Assembly: GCF_006345805.1 (NCBI RefSeq)
Contig: NW_021833892.1
Coordinates: 62,001 to 126,000 of the forward strand
Length of the DNA stretch: 64,000 nt
DNA from: Octopus sinensis
Lineage: Eukaryota
Direction: 5' to 3'
Shown here piece by piece: positions 12,909 to 24,917 of the stretch. The first letter of the stretch is position 1, and every line of letters begins with the position of its first letter. The position numbers were made by a program, and so were the translations under genes. The notes beneath the pieces are model-generated. The model saw only the letters and a program-made list of their open reading frames with translations. It did no database searches and was not told where the DNA came from.

Positions 12909-14222
12909 CAGGGGTGCGCAAGCTTTTTGGGTTTGCGGCCGCATAGCATGTTTTTTTCCTTCTCTTCCACGGCCGCACATTTTCTGCATTATTTTTTCGA
13001 TATTAATATAGTAATTTTTTTAATTATTAAAAGTGACCGCATAAGTTGCCCATTGTCATCAAGACCGAATGAGTTCTTGGACAGGAAATGCTCTCGTTCA
13101 TCAGGGACATCATATTATTAAAATAAATAATTATTTCATGGACAAAAGATAAGAAAGAAGGAAAATTAATTAAAAGAAATGTATTATACAAGTTATTCTA
13201 ATGACGGCTAGGATCTTTGGTATTTTTTGCGAGCTTATTAAAATCCACTGGTAGGGTAGATATCATTATGCGCAAACATGACTCTAAGTTTGCATCCGTT
13301 ATCCGAGATCTATATTGACTTTTTAAATATTTTATTTTGGAAAATGTAGACTCACATAAATATGTGCATCCGAATAAAACGAGAATATTTCTTGCCATTT
13401 CACGTAAATTTGGATAATCTGTCGCTGATTAAATCATTGCAAAATTAAATCATTTTTTAATTTCAATAATTCAATTTGAAATTCCAATGGCGCATTCTCA
13501 ATCGAAACAGTATGTGGTGCTGCAGTTAATTGAAGTTTGAGTTCAATTTTTTTTAATTCGTTAAATCGCTCTTCAAATTGTTTCAAAATATAATCGAATA
13601 TAGTATTAAATGTATTTGGTGTAAGATCGTCATAATTAATTATTTTGTTATCAATGAGATTTTTGACTTTTTGAAAATGAAATAATTCATTTTTTTCTAT
13701 GTGAATCTTCAGTAGGCGGCATGTATTCATAAAATCGTTAATTTTTTTATACATTCGACAAATTGTTTGGTCCTTACCTTGCAAAGATATATTCAAATTA
13801 TTGATATATGGACTTGACAACTAGGTGGTCTAGATGTCTTGAAAATGTTGTTTAGCATTGTCACGTTTTATAGTTTTCACAATCTCATGGCACAATAAGC
13901 ATTGCATGCTATTGTTGTCTGTTTCGACTACGAAGTATTCACTTTCCCAGTTGATATTAAATTTTCTTTTTTCTTCATTCAAAGCACGTCGTCTTTTAAC
14001 AGGTAATGACATAAATAAATTAAGCCGTTTATGATAATTACTTTTAATAAAGGTTAACCATTATATAAAAATAGAATTTTATTTAATATGAATATTTTTA
14101 ATTATTATTTAGGGTTTTTCTTGATTAATTAACACTATGAGCATTATATTTAAGATTAGTTGCTCGATGACCTAATTGTGCCCACGGCCGCACATTCATC
14201 GACTCTCGGCCGCATGCGGCCT
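12909..14222 (-). mobile_element. Internally deleted hAT (SPIN/GTF2IRD2-like); other TIR missing
   Basis: TIR CAGGGGTGCGCAAG at 12909; BED-like start (RKFNINWESEYF..CLLCHE), LNISLQG, FGCTYLCESTFSKIKYLKSQYRSRI; GCGGCCGCA subterminal motifs at both ends. Confidence 0.85.
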
Positions 14223-14329
14223 TTTTTCAGTACTCTCGTCCAGAGATATGATCGAAACTGTTTTTTCTCAAATAAATGAACAGAGGAATTCATTTGCTGT
14301 GGATGATTGCGTCGCCGTTTGGGACAAGC

Positions 14330-14850
14330 TGGGACTGCCATTGCCGTCTGAAGTGACGTGCCAATCGGAGTGAACGCCAATACGTATTAAAGGCTAAAGG
14401 AAAGCATGGACCAGAGAAGATTGGTTTGTTTACAAGCGAGGAGCCAGCCCCTAAGCGGCGCTTGGCTAAACTGTTACCCTTGTAATACAACTGACTGCCT
14501 TCTTAGTGATGAATCCGTGAGAACTGGAGTCTGTCTACGCTTCGGTCTACTCGTTTATGCAAAACAATGCCGCTGCGGCGTGTGGACCGACGAGTTTGGA
14601 TATCACTCCCTCTCATGCCGGAACAGAATTGGACGTTCCTCACGACATTCCGAACTGAACCAGATCATCTGTCGATCTCTCCGAACTGCTGGATTCCACA
14701 CACAATTGGAACCTACAGGGATTTTCGTAGAGGACGGCAGAAGACTCGATGGGATGACCACATTTCATTTCAGAGGGGAAAGTGTCTGGTTTGGGACGTC
14801 ACGTGCATGAACTCCTTTTCCAATCAGAATATCAAGTTGTGTGTATCTGA
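14330..14850 (+). mobile_element. Degenerate CRE C-terminal (CCHC + RLE) fragment
   Basis: SGAWLN..CRCG..HSLSC..RHSELN..LEPTGI..DGRRLDG..LVWDVTC. Confidence 0.85.
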
Positions 14851-14984
14851 TTAATTCTATTAAAAATTGTTTGCAAATAATTTTATATACTGACGTCGAA
14901 CAAACCGTATCGTAAATCATAATTCTCTTTGGCTTTATCTTTGTTTTAAAATTAATTATTTTTCTCTAAGAGAATTCAAAACGG

Positions 14985-16247
14985 CGGGTGTCGGTGATAA
15001 AGAGACCCGGTCATCTAAAAGACTTGACTTCTCCTGTGACCGCAGAAGTTGGACGGAAACTTTTACGCTCAATTACCAATCTCTGCAACCGTTTTATCTC
15101 CGGTTCGCTTCCTGATTTTGCTCGCGGTATCTTCTTTTCTGCAAACCTTACTGCCCTCGGGAAGAAGGACAACGGCGTAAGAAACGTCGCTGTGGGTAAT
15201 TTTTTCCGCTGTGGCTTCTCTGTCACGCCATTGTCTCTGTTTGTCTCCAAACTTTCTACCCGCTCAACTTGGTGTCGGTTTTTCCAATGGTTGCAAGGCC
15301 GCAGCCCATTCCATTCGTGAGCTGTTAGAATCTTCAGAGGAGTTTCTCATGGTCAAACTGGACGTAGCTAATGCTTTCAACTCGATCATACGGGATCACT
15401 TACTGTAGTGCTGCCGCGAAATGGCTCCTTTCGAATACCCCCTCGTACATCTCGCTTACGCATCTCCAAGCATACTTTTGTGCGACGACGTTCCTATCAC
15501 CTCGTCTACTGGGGTTCAGCAGGGCGATTCCCTGGGTCCTGTACGACCTCCATTTTATCCTCCCATCACTTTCGGCCATTGGCCTATCTATCAACCCAAA
15601 AAAATCTGAAATTGTGAATATCGGCCTCCAATAAAGTTTATTCTCTGCCGCCTCTTCGGTTTGCTGCAATATTCTTCCAGACGTTCGTATTACCGAAAAC
15701 TCTAATCTATCCATCCTTGGGACTCCCATGGGTCCTTCCGCCCTAGAAGCTTCATTTTCTGAAAAAATTTCGAATCTCGCTAAAATGATCGAGAGGCTTA
15801 AAAACATCGAGCCTCACGTCGCATTTTTCCTCTTGCAAAATCACTTTTCCTTTACACGCTAAGATGTGCACCCTGTTTCCACAAAAGTGACCTCCTATCT
15901 GATTTCGTTGCGGCAGGTCTCTTATGAAAGGCCCGGTTTGACTCGAGGCGGCCTGAGTCCGAGGACAACCAGCGCCAGTGGGACGAGATTGTATGTCGGT
16001 CTTTGTACGAAAAACTCACTCCGAAACTTAACCAACACAGGCTTGCCTGCCTTCGTGCAGACTGTCACCCAGGCAGCGGTACTTGGATTGATGCCTTCCC
16101 CCTCTCTTCAATTGGGAACCTCCTGGACTCCGAGTGGCTAAGAATCGCCATCTCCTTACGTGTCGGGCTCAAAATCTGTCAGGCCCACAAATGTCGCTGT
16201 GACGGAACTGTGGACGAGTTCGGGTTACATCCCCTCTCCTGTGGGTA
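14985..16247 (+). mobile_element. Degenerate CRE RT to CCHC fragment
   Basis: PGHLKDL..ANLTALGKKDNGVR..QLGVG..KLDVANAFNS..GVQQGDSLG..CRCDG..HPLSCG; internal deletions. Confidence 0.88.
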
Positions 16248-16388
16248 GTCTTAAACAATCTTTCTCTCTTTTCTAACTGTCTCTATTAAACTAATTTAAT
16301 TTTAAAAAAATTAATAAATATTTATTAAAAAATTAAATGTAAAAAATAAATCGATTATTTTTTAAATTACACGTGTTGCGTTGTGAGC

Positions 16389-16947
16389 ATGCCAATTTCT
16401 AGTGAGAAAAAGTCTAATGACTACGTCCAAGTTTATGGCTATAAAGTTCTGAATATAACCTAACAAGTAGAAAACAGCAAAGGCGGTTGCTCTTTGTCGC
16501 AAAGGACAGGGAATGATCCGCATAAACAACAAACTACTCAAAATCTGGGAGCCTAAAGCTCTTCTTCCAAAAGTATTCAATACTCCTTTAAAATTTAGCT
16601 CTGGGATCCAATCATCGCTCTTGGTCAAGGAACGTTTGAAGACTTGAACATTCAAGTTCGTGTCTCTGGGGGAGGAGTCGTCTCTCAGATTTACGGTTAA
16701 CACTTTCACGAGATTTTTTTAGCCATCCGTCAGGCAATTTCCAAGTCAATTATCGCCTTTTATGCGAAATGTGGAATTTGTTATTTTTTTTAACTTTTTA
16801 GATAAGGACGAGGCTAGTAAGAATGAATTGGAGAATTGTCTCTTGAGTTATGATCAATCACTTCTTCATTCCGATCCCAGAAAGAGGGAGGCGAAAAAGT
16901 TTGGAGGGCCTGGAGCTCGTGCCAGATACCAAAAGTCGTATCGATAA
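16389..16947 (+). CDS. RPS16: 40S ribosomal protein S16 (uS9), 5 exons
   Basis: VQVYGYK|[16 protein letters not shown]|[25 protein letters not shown]; introns 16446-16470 (25 nt), 16573-16598 (26), 16696-16722 (27), 16771-16801 (31). Confidence 0.97.
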
Positions 16948-18472
16948 ATTAATTTCATTTCTTTTTCTGTTGAAATATCTTCCTTATTTATTTTAGTTAT
17001 TAAAACTTTTTGGTTAGTCGATTTAGTTTATTTCCTGAACTAAAAAAGCATTTTTTATTTATAATTTTTAAAAAAAACCGCATTGAAGCAAATTTGGTTT
17101 TTTTGTCGGGGATTGTATAACTGATTGTATAGTAAATAAAATATTTAAAAGTTTAAATATTTAGTAAATTGTTTGGAATGAGATTTTTATCTACAAATAT
17201 TTAAAATTCAGCACCAAATCTGCATAGGCTTAGTCAATTCCACTATGAAGAAAGTAAACAGAAAGAACTATAACGAAATCAACTTTTGGCGCTATCCAGA
17301 AATCTCATACGTATTTATTCTGTAGATTAAAGTTTGCAGGAATTAAATAAGTGTGAGTGGAAAGAAAATTTAAAACGAATGCAGTTATTTTCATAAGGTT
17401 TTAAACTAGCGAATGAATGAAAAGCAAAAATGAGGTGCGGAAATCACGACAGATGAATAGTTATTGAAATGGTGTACACAAACAGAAACAAACACAAAAA
17501 TACACAGAAAAAATAAAAACCAGATCTAAGGACTCCCTATAGACTGTCTCCCAAATCAAATTTGGAAAGGAGTCTATAAGAATCAGAAAGACTGAATTAA
17601 GTCTGCTCAAAAATAAACAAACCCCAAAAAACTCGACTCTTTATGATAAAGAAGTCCAGAACTGTCAAGAAAAAAGGAAACTTGCGATCAAAACCTCTTT
17701 TTCAAACGTTTTTATTGATTACACAAAACAATGTCTTCATTAGGGGCTTGAATTTCTCCGTAAAACGAAAGTAGTTAAGAACTTAGATTATTATACAAAT
17801 AACCTGCAAACTTTCATTTGCCGAGTGGACTGTTTGGAAAATTAACATAGTCTGATTACAGCATCATACAAGTCATTCCTTCTAGTGCCTCTTCAACCAC
17901 TGGCAAACTAAAAAGACTCACAATTGATTCCAATTCTATTAGCAACACTCTATACAAAATCCTTTCTGACTTTCTACAAAACAGTCAAAAATAGCAACCT
18001 GTCTTTTACTTTATGAGTAAAAGAAACTGGACGCTCTTACAATTCTGGGATCAATTTGAAACTTTTTTTTGGCTTTCTAAAAAAATTATCTTTGAATAAG
18101 TGTCAGGTATTAAACTTGAAAAGTAGTTTTTCTGATTTATATTTATGTTTTGATGACTTTTTGTTTCTTTACTTATATTAAATAACAAATGGGACATTTA
18201 AATGTATTCAGAAGATGTTTTATCAAGTTAATGTCTGAAAATACAGTAATAGCATGATGTACCTTAAACACATTAAATATTTTTATCGTTTTAGAAACAT
18301 TTAATGCTTTGATAGACAACGACATCATCTAACCAGAATCTCTACAAGATTCTTAAAAAGCACTGCATACATTAAAAATAAAAACATCCTTTTTATAAAA
18401 ACCTAATTTATACTAACCAACATTAAACCCAGTAATTCGTTGTAAATTGAATGTTATTTTTAAATGAAAATA

Positions 18473-19869
18473 TTAAGTATTTGTTATTTGAGAAATACTA
18501 AATTTTGGTTTCCAAGGCTCATTAGAAACCGGATGTAAAACAATTCCTTCGTGATCATCGCTCTGCTTGGCCAACGATAGCTCAGGACCTCTCTTTGATC
18601 GTTTTCCCTCTGTAACGACAGTCCCCGGTACTGGCTGAATCAGGTCAAGCTAAAATATATTTTCTTTTATAAACAAAAGCAAGCTGATTTATCCCGTCAT
18701 CTCGAATATGCGCAGATGATTGGAGTGAAAGAGAATTCTTTTTTCTTATTCTTTCTTTAATTTGTTCTATTTGATTATTTATTTTTATTCACTTGACTGA
18801 ACTACACTAAAATCATTCAAGTCTTCAATTTGTCGTGACTTTTTCCCTTCTCGTAAATTTAGGATTGGTAACTTTCTAAAATAAAAACATGTGAATATAC
18901 TTGTAATCTAACACTGATCTTGGCTCTATTTTTATGGTTGAAATTATATTTCCATGAACATCAAATACGACCTCCTTTTTTACATTTGTCCGACATGGGA
19001 GTGTCTAAATTAGTAAAATTGAAGTAACCTTGTAAACATGTGTGCTTAGAAATTTGTGAGATTCTTCTGACGGCCAGTTTTTAAGAGTTTTTCTTTCTTT
19101 TTGGGCTTGGCTTGAAAGAGTGGCCAGGCTAGAGGATTTAGATTTTGTCGAAATTGGGCAAGGAGTTATATTTTGCTTAATTTTGTTGACTTTTTTCTTT
19201 TTCTTAAACATAATTGATCAGAACACTACTGGAATCGCAACTGCGGACGATTTTACTAAAACGACGGATTCTTCAGGTGAAAATGACTCATCTTCCACAG
19301 CTTCTTCCTCCCAGCTACCAAATTTACCGTAATATTATTCTCACGTCTCTTTAATATTTTGATCTTCTGACTGCGGAGTAGATATTTGTAAAGGTTTGAC
19401 TGCCAGTGTTGGAATGCAGGCCTGAGCCCAATTATCTTTTACACAGGGAGAAGGAACTAACAATTGAATTTAACTGAGACTAACGGTTGCGGTCATTTGC
19501 AAGCATTCTAGCACAGTCTACGCTTTCGCCTTCATCTCGGACGATAAAATTCCACTGAAGAATGACCCGATTTATGAATACCTTGACGATATGCAGTATC
19601 GCCTCCTTTGCTTGATCTAAAGTAAATGGAATCACGGAATTTTCAATAAAATTTTCGTAGCACACGTTTTCTACTTGATTTACGAGTTCATTGACTATAT
19701 TGTTGATAAAATAGTTTTCCTCTTGAATTTCCATTATTTGGTTCCTTTTTATATGTAGTTTTTTAATCAACCATTCAATGTCGTTCAGTCTTCCAGGAAT
19801 GATTTCATAGTTTGGCGTAGGACCAGGACTTTTTGGTCTATTTTTTTGTCGAGTTGACTTCGAAGCCAT
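18473..19869 (-). CDS. C2orf81/DUF4639-like protein, multi-exon
   Basis: YEIIPGRLNDIEW..IPFTLDQAKEAIL..WNFIVRDEGES..DNWAQACIP resembles C2orf81 DIVPGRL..IPFTISQAREAML..RDEGES..DSWAQG; C-terminal IQPVPGTVVTEG..KRGP; middle exons only partly resolved. Confidence 0.7.
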
Positions 19870-20276
19870 TTTAAATTAAAAAAGTTTCTATGACTCTAAA
19901 AATTTTTTTAAATTTTCATCACCATTAAAAACTTATACAAAATAAAAAATTTAATAAAATTATTTTTAACGCTTTTTTCAATCCCAGTCTTCATTTCTCG
20001 GAAATTAAGCTGTGGCCACCACCATGTTCTGCAAAACTTACTTTTCGAATATAGTTTGAAAAGAACTCAGAAGTCCATAAATTGTGGGTCACTTAAATAT
20101 GACCTCCAACCTCTTTCCAGAAATTGTTTTCTTTTTCCTTGGGCATTATGATCTAAATTTCTTAATTCCAACTTTTTACATAATAATGATTCGCGGTTAA
20201 CAACTGGTTAACTTGTACATCAAACGACACATCATGAACAAAATAAAATTAAGTTTCGGATTTAAAATAACAGACT

Positions 20277-20944
20277 CTGAACGGTATCTGTTCACTCCCA
20301 TCGCCGTCGAGACTTCCGGCGTCATCGGCGAAAAGTCTCTTTCCTTTCTAAAAAAGCTTGGCCGCATGATCTCCCATAAACGGGGAGACCCACGCGAGTC
20401 CAAGTGGCTTTTCGAAAGGATTTCCTTGGCCATAGTACGTGGAAACTGTGTTTCCATTTACGATGCCGGGAATTTAGTTAGTTAATAACTATTTGTTAAT
20501 TACACCACGGTGGAAGTGGGAAAAAAGCGTAAGTACGACCTTCTTGCAAACGAGCTTGGGTTGATGCACAGATGCAAGGTCCTTGTCATTCCTTGCGTGA
20601 TGACATGGGAAGGAATTGTATCTAAGTACCACAAGGGTTATCTCAGGCAGTTGGGAGTCGATAGGTACATTCAGGCCTATATGCAGTCCACTGTCCTGAA
20701 GAGAACTCTAGAGAGTGCATCTGTTGATGCGCGCAGATCCAGCCCCCTAATGCCACATGGGCAGAAGGACCGGCTGGAAAATGCTCTCACAGAGCTATTC
20801 CTTCGACCAGAAGCAGAAGAGGCTGGCCTCCAGACTTCGGATGCGGACGGGTCGTCGGATTAGTTTAGTTAACTGTTTTATTTCGGGTGTTTTTTGTTAA
20901 TAAAGTTTTTTGTTAATTACATATAACTTTTATAAAAAAAAAAT
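20277..20944 (+). mobile_element. Young 5'-truncated CRE copy with A-tail and a nested insertion
   Basis: 12-bp TSD AAATAACAGACT (20265-20276, 20945-20956); matches 27020-27260 apart from homopolymer indels. Confidence 0.9.
20505..20908 (+). mobile_element. 5'-truncated RLE retrotransposon nested in the CRE 3' UTR
   Basis: 13-bp TSD TTTGTTAATTACA (20492-20504, 20909-20921); KYDLLANEL..IPCVMTWEGIV..YMQSTVLKRTLES. Confidence 0.88.
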
Positions 20945-21277
20945 AAATAACAGACTGACTAGCAAATGATTTCTCGCTTATATTTTTATATATAATAAAA
21001 TGTTCGACTTGACTGCCAAATTGTCAACTAATGATTCAAAAAGTATTTTTGACATCGACAAGCTCGTTCTCTGATGAATATTATTCTTATTTGATGTTTT
21101 GAAAAAATTCAAAAGTTTTACAGATTCTCCAGATCTTTTTTCCATTAATTAAAGTTTTAACAATTTTGAGCGCTGACTTTTTGAGTTCTAATATCAAAAG
21201 TAAAAAATGTGCATTTTTATTTGTTAAAAAATTATTTATTAGTTGACTTTCTTGTTAATCATAAATTAAATGTTAAA

Positions 21278-23390
21278 TTATGTCCATATTTTAACTGTAC
21301 CATCACCGCTTCCACTAACCAACAAATCCGTGAATTTATCAAGATATACTGAAGTGACTGCTTTTTCGTGTCCAGAAAGCGTCACTACCTACTTTATTTA
21401 GAATAAAAATTAACTTACCTTATCTGACGCTAATTCTACAATCCGAACATTACAGTCATTTCCTCCCACTGCACATAATTCTCCTGTCGGGTAATAAAAA
21501 TAATTAAATACCCGTCGAATCAATCGAAAGCGAATTTGCAGAAAAAGGACAGAGTTTAAGTGATTTTAAAACGCCCATATTTCGAGTATCCCAAACAACT
21601 AAGTTCCCACAAGTGTCGCAAGAAACTATTTTATCCCCCTAACAAACAAAGAAAAACTTTAACTTTAGCACTGAATGACGCAGCATTGATAGCAGACTTA
21701 TGTCCCTCGATGAGTACTTTTTCCCTAACGGACTTAAAGTATGCCCATTAAAAAATACAGTTCTTCCGTCCCATATAACCATAGTTTTATCAGCAGACGC
21801 CGTAAGGATTGTGCACGAAAATGGCAAAAATTCTACGCTGTTTATCGAATTTTTGTGATAACGTAAAATGCTACGACAACGCTGACTGTCATTTCATAAG
21901 AATTTAAAAATGGCACGTGTTAAGATCGATGACTTTTGATGTCCCGTCAAACGAGGCAGTTGCTATGAAATCTCCACCTGAATGCCAGGCACAGTCCCAA
22001 ACTATTGGAAATCAATTTATAAAGACATGAACCTACACTTCTATGTTCTTCTATGGTGGTCAGACATTCGGCAAGGTCGACATCAAATAAATTCCACAGC
22101 TTGACAAGTCCGTCAGCAGCTGAAGACAAAATGTGTGTTTGCTGAGGATTAAAACGACATGAAGAAATCCATGTAGAATGTGCGGGAATGCAACTCTCGA
22201 AAGAAAAATTACAAGAAGAAAATAGTTTTAAATTCCCATCTTCACAACCAGCTAAAATAATTTCCCGGCTATGCCCGAAGGTGACACTGCGGACATGCCA
22301 GTCAAATCAACCTGTTTATAGGACTGTCGGGATTGAACTCCTCCGAAGCTTCCATAGAAGTGGCAAGACATATGTCATATGGACGGATCGGCGTTTTCTT
22401 TTCAAATACTTCCAGGTAAGGATTCACTCCAGTGTCATCGGGGAAGGGGGTGTCTTTGTTTTGTTTAGGAAATGAGTCTTGGATACTCTTTTTTAGTTTT
22501 GATTCTTAAAAATATTAATGAAATAAACTTTTTATGTTATCATTTCCAATTGTTTTAGCTTCCATGTCCTTAAGTTGCAATTTTAGTTTGTTTATTTTAC
22601 ATTCTGCTCTTGCTCGATCCAACTCGGTTGTGCTTTTTTCACGCATCATTGTCTCGTATTTTGAAGATAATTTTGTAATAAGCGGATGGTAGGCTTCATA
22701 GTGTTCTTTCGACCTATGGCTCAAGTCAGAATGTATTCACATTTTTAAATTCTTTATTAACGTTTGCTTTTCTTGCTCTAATCTGCGATGTTTCAAAGAA
22801 TGAAAATTTCGTTCTTTTTGAACTTTAATGTATTTTTCCATTAGTTCACTTTATTAAATAAATCGGAGTTTTACTTGTACTGATTACGAATCTGAGTCAA
22901 ATCTGATTGGAGTAGTTCAGCTTTTGAGTTTACGTTGAGACCATTCATGTACTCTTGAGGAATTTTGACATCGCTATGAACACATCTAAACGCGCTTAAA
23001 ACATAAAATTAAAAATTACCATTCGTTCTGAAAGGATGCTAAAGTTTCCGAAAAATTATTTTGAAGCAAAAAAGAACGTACAAATTCTAAGACACTGTCA
23101 TAAGACGAGTTGGTTGATGAGGCTATTCTGGGATTACTGCTTTAATATTATATTCACCTTCCATGTTCAGGCTTAACTTGTTCTTCCTTTACCAATCTTT
23201 TCAGTTTAGACAAAGTTTCTCCACATTCTAAATACTAACTTTGTAATCTACCCGATTGGTCATCTATTGTAGAGCACTGTTCAGACAGTGTTTTGAAGGA
23301 AATGATGTCCTCTTCTATTGATATCTCTAACGAAAAATTTGATTAAAACAAATTTACTTTTCCCGATTGTATGGTTTAGCATCTCTGCCA
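21278..23390 (-). CDS. SPAG16: SPAG16/PF20 central-pair WD40 protein, multi-exon; 5' end unresolved
   Basis: EFVRSFLLQNNFSETLASFQNEW, QKERNFHSLKHRRLEQEK, EHYEAYHPLITKL, then WD repeats VWDCAWHSGGDFIATASFD, NSINSVEFLPFSCTILTASADKT, SGSGDGTVKIWT*. Confidence 0.88.
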
Positions 23391-23397
23391 TGGAAAC
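23384..23397. promoter_or_regulatory. Candidate RFX X-box near the SPAG16 5' end
   Basis: TCTGCCATGGAAAC, 12/14 match to GTTGCCATGGAAAC. Confidence 0.4.
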
Positions 23398-24586
23398 GCC
23401 GATTATACTTAATATTGAGGAATAATTTTTTTATATTAAAAGTCTTAAAAAATAACTTAGACAATACCTGTCCTTAGTTTATTCTGAAATATTTTCTATT
23501 AATTTCTAAAGATAAAAACGCATAAGAATTTTCTGTCATTAGTCTTCCACCTCTAATTACTATTTTTCCATTTCATGACCTGTTCAAAATAATAAATAAT
23601 TGAATCCTTAAAAAAATTTTTAAAGCTCCTAAGTTTAGTCTTCCTTTTCAGAATCATTCGAAATAAATTAACCAAATATGGGGATAATGTCTTGGCTCTT
23701 TGTCAATAAGCAAACTAATCAAATAACCCCTTTTAATAAAATAATTATTAAATAAAATGAATTGATTATGATGGTCTACCAATTGGAGTAAATTAAATAA
23801 AACAAAATAAAACAACAATGATCACAATTGCATGCTTTAATCATCTTTTAAGGCTGCTCGTAGAACTCTGTTTACTGGGATTTGATTATTCGACTCAAAC
23901 AGCAACAAAAAAAGACGGAATATTACTTAATTATACAAAAATTCGTATTTAATAGATTTCTCAATCACAGAATGGCTTACTTCTGTTCAATGCCTGACAG
24001 GAATTTCAAGTTTTATGATGTTAATTTCAACAGTAATAATCTTCGTGGCACGATTTTCACAGAATCCAATGCCTAAATTAAAATATGCTGGATTTTTGAC
24101 TACAGTTGTCGGTGAGTGTATATTTTTAATGCATACAACATAAAATACTATCTAACCAAAACCTCAATTTTATAGCTTTGATGGACGCTGGAGTTTGTTT
24201 GATTTATTATTATTTTTCTGGCTACATTTCGTGGCCAGGTTCGGCTGTTTTTGCAAAATATTGGACAAGCTTTTATTTATTTATTTTAAGTTTTGTTTTT
24301 TCGTTATTTTCTGCTTTTTCATGCTATGTGGCAATTGGAATTAAAAATAAAAATATCAAAAAAGAGGAAAGTTCCAAAAAAAAATCAAACAGAGCTCTAC
24401 CCAACAAATCCCATTGACAAACTCCCAAAACTATTTCATTGATTATCCAAATCCAAAATACACGGGATCGAGATCCCATAATATACAAAATCACGAAATA
24501 ATATGTGACATGGGCGGCTGGATACGTAGGGGCAACCGGTTACCTGACGTGACCTTGAAGCTTAACTTAATGTCAATATTGTAATT

Positions 24587-24791
24587 TTTTTTTTTTATAT
24601 GTAATTAACAAATAGTTATTAACTAACTAAATTCCCGGCATCGTAAATGGAAACACAGTTTCCACGTACTATGGCCAAGGAAATCCTTTCGAAAAGCCAC
24701 TTGGACTCGCGTGGGTCTCCCCGTTTATGGGAGATCATGCGGCCAAGCTTTTTTAGAAAGGAAGAGACTTTTCGCCGATGACGCCGGAAGT
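24587..24791 (-). mobile_element. Young 5'-truncated CRE copy with poly(A), inserted at the Ginger left end
   Basis: 11-bp TSD ATATTGTAATT (24576-24586, 24792-24802); T-run; matches the other two copies apart from homopolymer indels. Confidence 0.92.
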
Positions 24792-24917
24792 ATATTGTAA
24801 TTAATATTAAACTTCAAAGAATAATAACTTGTTAATTATTTTTAAGTCTGGACATTGGCACAATCGAAATTTTGCTCATCGAATTTTTTATCTATTAAAT
24901 TTAAATGTTTAAACTAC

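Noticed and set aside
16389-16947. Ciliate origin (Paramecium-like tiny introns)
   Set aside because: TAA and TAG act as stops in RPS16, LETM1, IDI1 and others; proteins look animal-like
17536-17580. Imperfect hairpin TATAGACT..AGTCTATA
   Set aside because: Short AT-rich stem with no supporting RNA family features
21278-22475. WD40 gene as TBL3/UTP13
   Set aside because: The upstream coiled coil and repeat order fit SPAG16 much better
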